From Planctomycetota bacterium (GTDB taxonomy: Bacteria > Planctomycetota > UBA11346), in contig JBBRLJ010000026.1 of assembly GCA_038231435.1 (NCBI GenBank), positions 1 through 64,000 of the forward strand: a DNA stretch of 64,000 bases, given 5' to 3'. The notes below the pieces were generated by a model. The model worked only from the letters and a program-made list of their open reading frames with translations, made no database searches and had not been told where the DNA came from. Made by a program: the position numbers and the translations under genes. Shown here one piece after another: positions 9,434 to 21,802 of the stretch; position 1 is the stretch's first letter; every line of letters starts with the position of its first letter.

Positions 9434-9721
9434 TTACTTCTTCTCTTCGTACTTCTTGTTGGCGACGGCGGCGTCACCGTACGCCTCGGGGTTCTTCTTG
9501 ATGGCCGCGGGGCACTTCTCGCAGCAGACGCCGACCAAGACGGTCTTGCCATCCTTGGTCTTGGCTTCGACGGGAGCGATCTTGGGATCGACCTTCTCGC
9601 CGCTCACGGGGCAGATGGTATTGACGGCCTTGGCATCCTTGGCGACGGTCTTGCCGGCATCCTCGGCGTAGGATGAGACTCCGAGGCCGAGGGCGAGGGC
9701 AGCGATGATAGCGAAACGCAT
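9434..9721 (-). CDS. Small secreted YHS/TRASH-like metal-binding protein
   Basis: Signal peptide, NTICPVSGEKVD...VGVCCEKC..AIKKNPEAY; AGGAG RBS. Confidence 0.85.
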   Translation of the reverse strand: MRFAIIAALALGLGVSSYAEDAGKTVAKDAKAVNTICPVSGEKVDPKIAPVEAKTKDGKTVLVGVCCEKCPAAIKKNPEAYGDAAVANKKYEEKK

Positions 9722-9874
9722 GGCGATACTCCTGTGTTAAGTGACGGATGGTCACCGTGGTGATGGCAAAGGTCGACGGAAGGCCCGATGTTTCATGCGG
9801 GCTCGTCGTTCACATCACTACCTCATCGCGCGTCTACAAAACCGCCGGCCCGAGCTGCCTGAGCATGCCAAATC

Positions 9875-9893
9875 GCTATTGATATTCATTATC
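9875..9893. promoter_or_regulatory. Fur-box-like operator
   Basis: GCTATTGATATTCATTATC matches the consensus GATAATGATAATCATTATC at 16/19 positions; an AT-rich island between divergent genes. Confidence 0.8.
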
Positions 9894-9943
9894 ATGTAAT
9901 AGCGTTCGGTCTCTCCGCTCCGACATCCCGAACCAAGGCCCAC

Positions 9944-11380
9944 ATGCAGCCCCCCACCTACACCAAGTTCCTCGTCCTCGGCCTCTTCGCCGCTGGCAGC
10001 ACGACCTGGGCGGAGGATGCGGCCGGCACGGCTGCGCCCGCGGGTGACGGCACCTCCGACGCCGCGGCGCTGCAGGCTCGCGTCGAGGCGCTCGAAGCGC
10101 ATGTCCGCAATTTGGAGCGCGCCTTGGAGCGCCCCGTGGCGAATGGCCAGAGCGGAGAGAGCGCCCCGAAGCGATCACCGTCTCCGAGCGCGGATGCCCT
10201 GTCGATCGGCGCCTACGGCGAAGTGAAGTACGGCGCGGTCCAGAATCCCGACGCCAATGGTGCGTGGCAGAATGGTTTCGATGGAGGCCGCTTCACCCTG
10301 CAGCCGGCCTACCAGTTTTCGGACCGCATCGTCCTCAAGGCGGAGATCGAATTCGAACACGGCGGCATCGCGCTCGACGATGATGACAAGCTCGGCGGGT
10401 CGGCGGAGATCGAGCAGGCATACCTCGACTTCACCGTGAATGAGCATCTGCACTGGCGCGCGCCCGGCATCGATCTGGTACCGTTCGGATACACCAACCT
10501 CTATCACGAGCCGACGCTCTTCTATAGCGTCGATCGACCAGAGCTGGCCCAGGGCTTGGTTCCGACCACCTGGTTCGAGGGCAGCACCAGCATCCATGGT
10601 GAACTCGCCGGCCCGGTGAGCTACCAGATCCAGGTCAGCACCAGCATCGTCGACGACGGTGGCAACACGCGCAACGCCACCGACGCGGGGACTCCGCCCG
10701 CAGGAGGCTACCCCGCAGGCATCGATGGGCATTCCGCGTTCGGACTGTCTCGCGCCACGGTCGGCGATTTCCACCAGGAGAGCGATCAGCTCGGCTACGC
10801 CCTCCGGCTCGCGTATTCCATTCCCGCCATCCCCGGGCTCCAGGGCAGCTCGAGCGCGTATTGGACTCCGAACGTCGAGCCCCGCGGAGCGTATGCGACG
10901 GACGCGCTCGGCACGCCTCTCGGATCGCTCGGACGATGCGCCGTCACGCTGGTGGACACCGAGCTGCGCTACCGCCCGAACCATGACGGCATCGAGTTGC
11001 GCGGTGAAGCCGTGGGAGCGCATTTTTCGAGGCCCTCAGAACTGCGAGCGAACAACGACGGGGACGACACCGACAACGTCGGCCGGACCATGTGGGGCGT
11101 ATCCGGCGAGGCCGCGTATCATTGCGCGTGTCCGCTCACGGCGTGGGAGCTGGTTCCATTCTATCGCTACACGGTGCAGGACCTGCAGATGCCCGGCGTC
11201 GCTGGACGTGACGCGAATGCGCCAGACGGCACCGGCCGGCAGCAGTTCCACACCTTCGGCGTCGCGGCGTTCCCCACGCCGCAGATCGTGCTCAAGGTGG
11301 ATTGCCGCATCGCCCGTGATGGCTCGTCGAGCACGCCGAAGGATGACCATGTGCTCGGAGGCGTTGGTTTCTTCTTCTGA
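9944..11380 (+). CDS. Outer-membrane beta-barrel porin (OprO/OprP-like fold) with N-terminal coiled coil
   Basis: Signal peptide, ALQARVEALEAHVRNLE coil, EIEFEHGG, EIEQAYLDF, NLYHEPTLFYSVDRP, terminal GVGFFF (BAM signal). Confidence 0.8.
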   Translation: MQPPTYTKFLVLGLFAAGSTTWAEDAAGTAAPAGDGTSDAAALQARVEALEAHVRNLERALERPVANGQSGESAPKRSPSPSADALSIGAYGEVKYGAVQNPDANGAWQNGFDGGRFTLQPAYQFSDRIVLKAEIEFEHGGIALDDDDKLGGSAEIEQAYLDFTVNEHLHWRAPGIDLVPFGYTNLYHEPTLFYSVDRPELAQGLVPTTWFEGSTSIHGELAGPVSYQIQVSTSIVDDGGNTRNATDAGTPPAGGYPAGIDGHSAFGLSRATVGDFHQESDQLGYALRLAYSIPAIPGLQGSSSAYWTPNVEPRGAYATDALGTPLGSLGRCAVTLVDTELRYRPNHDGIELRGEAVGAHFSRPSELRANNDGDDTDNVGRTMWGVSGEAAYHCACPLTAWELVPFYRYTVQDLQMPGVAGRDANAPDGTGRQQFHTFGVAAFPTPQIVLKVDCRIARDGSSSTPKDDHVLGGVGFFF

Positions 11381-11597
11381 CCACGACAGGCTGACCGCCG
11401 GCCGCCGCCCGCGGTCGGCACCCGGGGGCAGGCTGGGCGCGGGGAGCAACCATGACCCGCGGCATCCGCTGTCCACGATTGTGCTCACCAGACGAGCAGA
11501 CCTGCTCCACCGTGACTGCCGCGGCTCCATGTAGTCGCTCGCACGGGGCCGGATCCTGGCACGGGACGTGCTGGGGTAGTTCAACCAAGGAGCCTCC

Positions 11598-12578
11598 ATG
11601 ACGTCGGTCTCGCCACGCGCCTTCCCCCGTCTCTGCCCACTCGGTCTCATCGCCGGATGCTCGATCTCATTGGCGACGGCGGCGGATCTGACCACTCAGC
11701 CGTCCACGCACGCTGGCGGATCAACGACGGCTACCGACGAAAGCATCGATGCGCATTCGTGGGAAGCTCCAGCCCTGACGGTTCGTGGTAAACGCGATAG
11801 CGTCCTGCGGGAGGAGGATCGCATTGGCGACTATGAACAGCCGCGATGGACGGCGACACGCCGCTTCACCGAGGTTCGCGTCTATGTCATCCCGAAGAAC
11901 CAGATCGAATTCGAGTATTGGCTGTTCGCCGACACCCCGACGCGGCACGAGATCGATGATGCCAGGGCATCCGGCGCTCCGCGACCCAAGGCGTCGATCA
12001 AGCAGGTCTACGAAGTGGAAATGGGTCTCGGGTATCGGATGCAGCTCGATCTCTATCAGGTCTTCGTCAAGGACGGCGGCAACGGCGACAACCAGCTGGA
12101 TGAGACGAAGGCTGAGCTTCGATACGCGTTGGCCGATTGGGGTCGGCTCTGGGGCAACCCGACGCTCTATGGCGAATGGACCCAGGCCGCGCACGGATCG
12201 GACTTGGCCGAGTTCAAGCTGCTGCTTGGCGACGAGTGGTCGCCGAAATGGCACTGGGCGACCAATCTCGTCTACGAGGCGGAGCTCACCCAGTCGAAGG
12301 AGCATTCACACGAATGGAACAGCGCCATCAGCTATACCGTCATCGACGGGAGGTTCAGCATCGGACTCGAGGACAAGATCGGCTACGTGACATCGCACGA
12401 TCCGGACAGCACTGGCGGCTTCGGAGATGCCAAGTCGCACCACTGGGAGATATCCGCGGGTCCATGCCTCCAGGTGAGGACCGTGCCCCGCATGCACCTC
12501 GACGTGTCTGAGTTCATCGGCATCAACAAGGACGCGCCCGAGTCCCGCACCGTGGCGATCATCGGTTGGGAATTCTAG
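11598..12578 (+). CDS. Small outer-membrane beta-barrel protein of unknown function
   Basis: AAGGAG RBS, signal peptide, amphipathic beta-strands, terminal IIGWEF. Confidence 0.75.
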   Translation: MTSVSPRAFPRLCPLGLIAGCSISLATAADLTTQPSTHAGGSTTATDESIDAHSWEAPALTVRGKRDSVLREEDRIGDYEQPRWTATRRFTEVRVYVIPKNQIEFEYWLFADTPTRHEIDDARASGAPRPKASIKQVYEVEMGLGYRMQLDLYQVFVKDGGNGDNQLDETKAELRYALADWGRLWGNPTLYGEWTQAAHGSDLAEFKLLLGDEWSPKWHWATNLVYEAELTQSKEHSHEWNSAISYTVIDGRFSIGLEDKIGYVTSHDPDSTGGFGDAKSHHWEISAGPCLQVRTVPRMHLDVSEFIGINKDAPESRTVAIIGWEF

Positions 12579-12673
12579 GTCGGATCCCGCGTCTGACCGA
12601 CTTTCGGAGGAGCGGAGGGATGAAGCGACCACACATCGCCACTTCCTCCGCTTGCTCCGGATCCGGAGGACCC

Positions 12674-13516
12674 ATGTCCCGCGACATCCCTTCACCGCCA
12701 TGCGGACCTCGGTTTGCGTCGCCGGTCATGCGCTGGCGATCACGGCTGCGGCCATCCAGCCGGTCTACAGGCCAGCTATCAGGCCGGCCATCAGTCCTGC
12801 CGTGGATCGGCGGCCTTCCGTCACTCATCATCCACGGTCTCGTCCTCGGCGCATGCCTCCTCGGCTGGCGCATCCCGGTCGCGCCGTGCGAGTTGTCCTT
12901 GGGACGCACGCCGCTCGGATTCTCGCTCCCCATTCCCATGCAGGCCGCGTCGGATGCGCCTCCGGCAGAACCGGCACGGCTCGACGGATCGATCCCAGAC
13001 GATTCCGCCCTGCCCGTTCCCCTCATCGAGGCGGTCGACCTTCCCGATGATCCCGCGCTAGACGATCCAGCGCCATGCACGCCCGTCATCGAACCGTTGG
13101 ATGCGGGCCCCATCCTCGCTGCGGTCATCCTTCATCCACGTCGTGTCACGCGTGACGCGGCAGACCCCGACGCGACGCCGCCCAGACGAGCGATGGCTCG
13201 CCCAGCCGCGGATAGCACGCCGGCATCTCCTGCGGCCAGTGCGTCCACGAGCCCATCGAGGATCCTCAAGCGAGTAGATCCAGCCTATCCGCGTACAGCT
13301 CTGCGTCTCGGACGCCAAGGGACTGTCTATGTCCGCATGGCCGTGGCTGAGGATGGCCGGGTCATCACCGCTGTTGCGGAACGATCATCGGGGCGCGCCG
13401 ACATGGATCAGGCGGCATTGGCCGCGGTGCGCCAATGGCTGTTCGACGCGGCGACCCCAGAGGATCCTCATCCGCGCATCGTGACGATCGACATTCGATT
13501 CGTACTGGGGTCGTGA
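12674..13516 (+). CDS. tonB: TonB-family energy transducer
   Basis: TM helix with SLIIH (SxxxH) motif, Pro-rich linker, C-terminal PAYPRTALRLGRQGTVYV...SSG..MDQAALAAVRQWLF. Start is uncertain (12620 or 12674). Confidence 0.85.
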   Translation: MSRDIPSPPCGPRFASPVMRWRSRLRPSSRSTGQLSGRPSVLPWIGGLPSLIIHGLVLGACLLGWRIPVAPCELSLGRTPLGFSLPIPMQAASDAPPAEPARLDGSIPDDSALPVPLIEAVDLPDDPALDDPAPCTPVIEPLDAGPILAAVILHPRRVTRDAADPDATPPRRAMARPAADSTPASPAASASTSPSRILKRVDPAYPRTALRLGRQGTVYVRMAVAEDGRVITAVAERSSGRADMDQAALAAVRQWLFDAATPEDPHPRIVTIDIRFVLGS

Positions 13517-13746
13517 CCGTGAGCGGATCCGCTATCTCCTGACAGCGCCATTCCTCATTCCCGCCATGCCAAGGCACGGCATCCATCCGGGTTGCGCTTG
13601 CGCGAGACGGATATCAGATGCGCGAGGCGGAGCTGCGGCACCCGTCAGTTCCCGCCTCGCCGCCGCCTCTGGATCCATAAGCGCCTCCCACGCCCGCGCA
13701 TGGCACCGGCGCACCGCGCGAGGAGATCGAGGAACGCCGAGACAGC

Positions 13747-15165
13747 ATGTCGACCTCGTCCGAACGACCAGCCACTCGCGCGGCGGCATCGCCCGTCGCG
13801 CCCGTCGCGCCGAGTCATGGCGTCTCCTTCGCCGAGGGCATGCGCACCTGGGCCAAGATCGGCATGCTGAGTTTCGGCGGTCCCGCCGGCCAGATCGCGG
13901 TGATGCACCGCATCCTGGTCGATGAGAAGCGCTGGATCAGCGAAGACCGCTTTCTGCACGCGCTCAACTACTGCATGCTCCTGCCTGGTCCCGAGGCGCA
14001 GCAGCTGGCGTGCTACATCGGCTGGCTGCTCCATCGCACCCTCGGCGGCATCGTCGCCGGGGCGTTCTTCGTCCTCCCCGGTTTCATCTCCATCCTCGGC
14101 CTGAGCCTCGCCTATGTCGCCTACAGCGACACCGCGGTCGAGCGCGCGCTGCTCTATGGACTGAAACCGGCGATCATCGCCATCGTGGCGGCCGCGGTCA
14201 TGCGCGTGGGCAGACGGGCGCTCAAGAACCGCATCATGATCGTGATCGCCGTCGTAGCGTTCATGGCCGTGTTCGTCCTCGGCGTGCCGTTTCCGCTGAT
14301 CATCGGCGGCGCCGCGGCGATCGGCCTGCTCGGTGGACGCCTGCGCCCGGACCTGTTCGTCGTGAGCAAGGGCCATGGCGCGGCATCAGCGTCGACCGCT
14401 GCCGCGCAGCCGGTCATTGCCGATGACGCCCTGGCGCATGCGAAGCCCTCGTGGGGTCACGCGCTGCGCACCCTGACGCTGTGGCTGGTGCTGTGGTGGG
14501 CGCCGGTGCTGGCGTTGCTGGCGATCCTCGGGCCGCACAACGTGTTCACGCGCGAGGGACTGTTCTTCAGCGAGGCCGCCGTCGTCACCTTCGGCGGCGC
14601 GTACGCCGTGCTCGCCTTCCTGGCGCAGCAGGCGGTGCAGGTCTACCACTGGGTGTCGGTGCACGAAATGATGGATGGCCTGGGCATGGCCGAGACGACG
14701 CCGGGGCCGCTCATCATGGTGACCCAGTTCGTGGGATTCATGGGCGCCTACCGCGAACCGGGCGGACTGAATCCGTACGCCGCCGCGACCATGGCGTCGG
14801 TGCTGGTGACCTGGGTGACGTTCATGCCCTCGTACCTCTACATCTTCCTGGGCGCGCCGTGGATTGAACACCTGCGCGGAAACCAACGCCTGAATGCCAT
14901 GCTGTCGGCCATCACCGCCGCGGTCGTCGGCGTGATCCTCAATCTCGCCTGCTGGTTCGCGCTGCGCACGCTCTTCGCCGAGGTCATCGATCATCAGGTC
15001 GGCCCCCTGCACATGTCGGTACCGACGTGGTCCACGATCGACTGGGGCGCACTGGTGCTCTCGGCGGGCGCCTGCGTGGCGATGCTCCGCTTCGGTGTCG
15101 GCATGATCTGGACGCTCGCCGTCTGCCTCGCCCTGGGCATGGGCTGGTCGCTCGTGGCGCGATGA
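13747..15165 (+). CDS. chrA: Chromate efflux transporter, long-chain CHR family
   Basis: SFGGPAGQIA, LLPGPEAQQLA, TFGGAYAVL, ETTPGPLIM; two CHR halves. Confidence 0.93.
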   Translation: MSTSSERPATRAAASPVAPVAPSHGVSFAEGMRTWAKIGMLSFGGPAGQIAVMHRILVDEKRWISEDRFLHALNYCMLLPGPEAQQLACYIGWLLHRTLGGIVAGAFFVLPGFISILGLSLAYVAYSDTAVERALLYGLKPAIIAIVAAAVMRVGRRALKNRIMIVIAVVAFMAVFVLGVPFPLIIGGAAAIGLLGGRLRPDLFVVSKGHGAASASTAAAQPVIADDALAHAKPSWGHALRTLTLWLVLWWAPVLALLAILGPHNVFTREGLFFSEAAVVTFGGAYAVLAFLAQQAVQVYHWVSVHEMMDGLGMAETTPGPLIMVTQFVGFMGAYREPGGLNPYAAATMASVLVTWVTFMPSYLYIFLGAPWIEHLRGNQRLNAMLSAITAAVVGVILNLACWFALRTLFAEVIDHQVGPLHMSVPTWSTIDWGALVLSAGACVAMLRFGVGMIWTLAVCLALGMGWSLVAR

Positions 15166-15220
15166 CGAGATGATCCCGATTTGAGTGTTGGCGTCGCGTT
15201 GTAGCGCTCCAAAATCCGTC

Positions 15221-18949
<3,729 letters not shown>

Positions 18950-19008
18950 GAATCCGACGCCATCCTACACTTTCCCCAGCACACTCGACCAACGGACCGC
19001 AGATATCC

Positions 19009-20262
19009 ATGATCCCCGACATCGCCGCTCCCATCAGGATACTCCTCATCGAGGACAACCCCGTCGACGCCAAGCTCGTCAGCGTCTACCTGAAGCACGG
19101 ATTGCGCGTCCCGCACGAGGTATCCCAGTGTACCGAGCTGGCGCCGGCGCTCACGCTTCTGAAGAACCAGCCTGTCGAGGTGATCCTGCTCGATCTGTCG
19201 CTGCCGGATTGCAGCGGATACACCACCTTCACCATGGTCCGCGATGCCGCTCCCGACGCCCCCATCGTGGTGTTGACCGGATCGGAGGACGAAGCCCTCG
19301 CGGTCCAGGCGATCCAGGAAGGAGCGCAGGACTACCTACTCAAGAGCAGTCTCACAGCAGCCATGCTCGGCCGCACCATCCGCTACGGCATCGAGCGTCG
19401 ACGCTTGCAAGATGGCCTCCGGCAGCGCGATCGCCAATTGCACACTGCGCACAAGCTGGAAGCCGTGGGACAGCTCGCTGCTGGAGTCGCTCACGAGATC
19501 AACACGCCGCTGCAGTTCATCGGGGACAATTTACGCTTCACCATGGATCAGATCACCGCGCTGGTCCGCGCCCTGGATACCTGCTCAGCCGTCATGGATG
19601 CGGAACGCCCCTCGCATCCACGCTCGCCACACATCACGGCATTCGATACGTTTGTGAAGGAGTGCGATCTCGGCTTCCTGCGCGAAGAATTGCCGCGTGC
19701 GCTGAGCGAATCCGCCTCGGGCCTCGATCACATCAAGGAGATCGTCCAGGCACTCAAGCGCGTTGCCATGACCGATGGCGCGCTTCCAGTATCCGTGAGC
19801 GTGAATCAGCTGATTGCCGACGCGATGGCCGTGGCGCAGGGAATCGTCAAGCACTGTGCGCGGATCGATCACATTCCCGATCCGGCCTCTTCGTCGATCC
19901 GTGGCTTTCCCGCATCGTTGATCCAGGTGCTTCTCGACATCGTGAGCAATGCCGCTCAAGCCATCCAATCGCTCCGGACGCCCGCGCACGTCGGCGTGAT
20001 CACGATCACGAGCGCGACGACCGGGTCATCCATCGAGCTGCGCATCCATGACAATGGACCTGGCATTCCGCCGGCCGTGGCGCACCGGATCTTCGAGCCC
20101 TTCTTCACGACGAAACCCGTGGGGCAGGGATCAGGGCAGAGCCTGGCCATCGCCAGGGCGATCATCGTCAATGATCACGGAGGTGATCTGACGTTCGAGT
20201 CGGATGACACCGGCACGACATTCATCGTTCGATTGCCGCTCTGGACCTCGCAACCGCCATGA
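19009..20262 (+). CDS. REC-histidine kinase hybrid
   Basis: LLIEDN, LLDLSLPD, QDYLLK; QLAAGVAHEINTPLQ; FEPFFTTK. Confidence 0.9.
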   Translation: MIPDIAAPIRILLIEDNPVDAKLVSVYLKHGLRVPHEVSQCTELAPALTLLKNQPVEVILLDLSLPDCSGYTTFTMVRDAAPDAPIVVLTGSEDEALAVQAIQEGAQDYLLKSSLTAAMLGRTIRYGIERRRLQDGLRQRDRQLHTAHKLEAVGQLAAGVAHEINTPLQFIGDNLRFTMDQITALVRALDTCSAVMDAERPSHPRSPHITAFDTFVKECDLGFLREELPRALSESASGLDHIKEIVQALKRVAMTDGALPVSVSVNQLIADAMAVAQGIVKHCARIDHIPDPASSSIRGFPASLIQVLLDIVSNAAQAIQSLRTPAHVGVITITSATTGSSIELRIHDNGPGIPPAVAHRIFEPFFTTKPVGQGSGQSLAIARAIIVNDHGGDLTFESDDTGTTFIVRLPLWTSQPP

Positions 20263-20362
20263 GGATCCGCTCAGGCCGCCCCCGTGCCGCACACATGATG
20301 AAACGATTGAATGATACCTGAACCTGCATCGGCGTTCGGACTCGACCGAGCATCCTTGCGCG

Positions 20363-21595
20363 ATGGCCAAGTCGCGAAACCATGTGCTCATGGACGTCGC
20401 TGATCACCTGTACCGGGTCCTGCTGGCCGAGGACAGTGACTTCGACGCCACATTACTCGAAGCCCAACTCAGAGCCGCGGCTGGGGATACCTTCCTGATC
20501 GAGCGAGTACGCTCGGTGGCCGATCTCGAGACCGCCGCTGCGCAGGGGAGCTTTCCGCACGCGATGATCCTGGATCTCGGCATGCCTGATTCCGATGGCA
20601 TGGATACGTTCCTGCGCGCCTCGGCGGCCATGCCCGATACCGCGATCCTCGTTTTGACCGGCACCGATGACAGCGGACTGGCCTTGGCCGCCGTGGCGGC
20701 GGGGGCCCAGGATTATCTGGTGAAGGGGACGATGGATGGACCCGGTCTCGCCAAGGCCCTCTCCTTCGCCATCGAGCGCAAGGCGCTCGACCGTCACGCG
20801 CGCGCGGGCGAGGCGGCCATCGGTATAAGACGTCGCGTGATCTCGGTATCCCAACTGGCGGCGGGCACGGCGGCGGAGCTGCAGCCCGCCATCGAATTGG
20901 GGGTGGAAAACAGCCTCAAGGCGGGGAAGGCGATCGCCGCGCTGCAAGAAGCCCTGTCGGCATCCCTGAACACGGTCAACCCTCCATCATCCTCAGCAGC
21001 AGGCTCGGCAGCATCAGCAGCTTCCGTGATGACAGCCCAGGCCGACGCCGCACAGGCGATGAAAGGCGTTCTCGACTCCCTATCCCTCATCCAAGAGACC
21101 GCTCGCTCGCTGCGCCTGCTCGGCGCATCCGCTGCCACCGAGAAGACCCTGGTCGATCTGCACCGGATCCTCAGGCGTGTCCTCGTGCTCAATGACAGCG
21201 GATGGCGCTCGCATGCGAAGTTGAGAACTCGGATCGGCTTCGATACCCCCTACGTGCTGTGCGATGCGCAGGCCCTCGAGTCGACGGTGACGAGCGTGAT
21301 CCAGAATGCGATCGAGGCTCTCCTGCGCACAGATCGCAGCGATGGCCTCATCACGATCAGCACGGGTTGCCACGGCGCCTGGGTGTGGCTGCGCATCTCT
21401 GACAACGGTCCTGGGATCGCGCCGGAGTTGCGACCGAGATTATTCGAAGCATTCAATTCATCGAAGCCTCTTGGCACCGGCGGCATCGGCTTGGCGCGCG
21501 CACGAGTCGCCATCGAATCAGCGGGGGGCCACATCACCATCGAGCACCGCGAACCCGGCACCGATGTCACCATCACCCTTCCCATGTCCGGGTAG
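20363..21595 (+). CDS. REC-HATPase protein with a degenerate H-box (probable pseudokinase)
   Basis: Intact REC (LAEDS, ILDLGMPD, QDYLVK). H-box region reads QLAAGTAAELQP with no His; NAIEA, DNGPGI and GIGLA boxes are retained. Confidence 0.85.
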   Translation: MAKSRNHVLMDVADHLYRVLLAEDSDFDATLLEAQLRAAAGDTFLIERVRSVADLETAAAQGSFPHAMILDLGMPDSDGMDTFLRASAAMPDTAILVLTGTDDSGLALAAVAAGAQDYLVKGTMDGPGLAKALSFAIERKALDRHARAGEAAIGIRRRVISVSQLAAGTAAELQPAIELGVENSLKAGKAIAALQEALSASLNTVNPPSSSAAGSAASAASVMTAQADAAQAMKGVLDSLSLIQETARSLRLLGASAATEKTLVDLHRILRRVLVLNDSGWRSHAKLRTRIGFDTPYVLCDAQALESTVTSVIQNAIEALLRTDRSDGLITISTGCHGAWVWLRISDNGPGIAPELRPRLFEAFNSSKPLGTGGIGLARARVAIESAGGHITIEHREPGTDVTITLPMSG

Positions 21596-21802
21596 CTGGG
21601 TGTCGATGGCTGGCCTAGCCAGCATGGCGCAAGGAAGGGCGATTCATCCCCGTCCACCACCAACGCACACCACTTCCAGGAAAACCTCAAGTCATTATAA
21701 TAACAGATGTTACACCGCATTATTCCATGCCTCTTCGCATGGCCGTCGTGCACAGAGTATGGCCATCTCGATCTTGCGCTCTCCTGCAGGTCATGATTCT
21801 GA

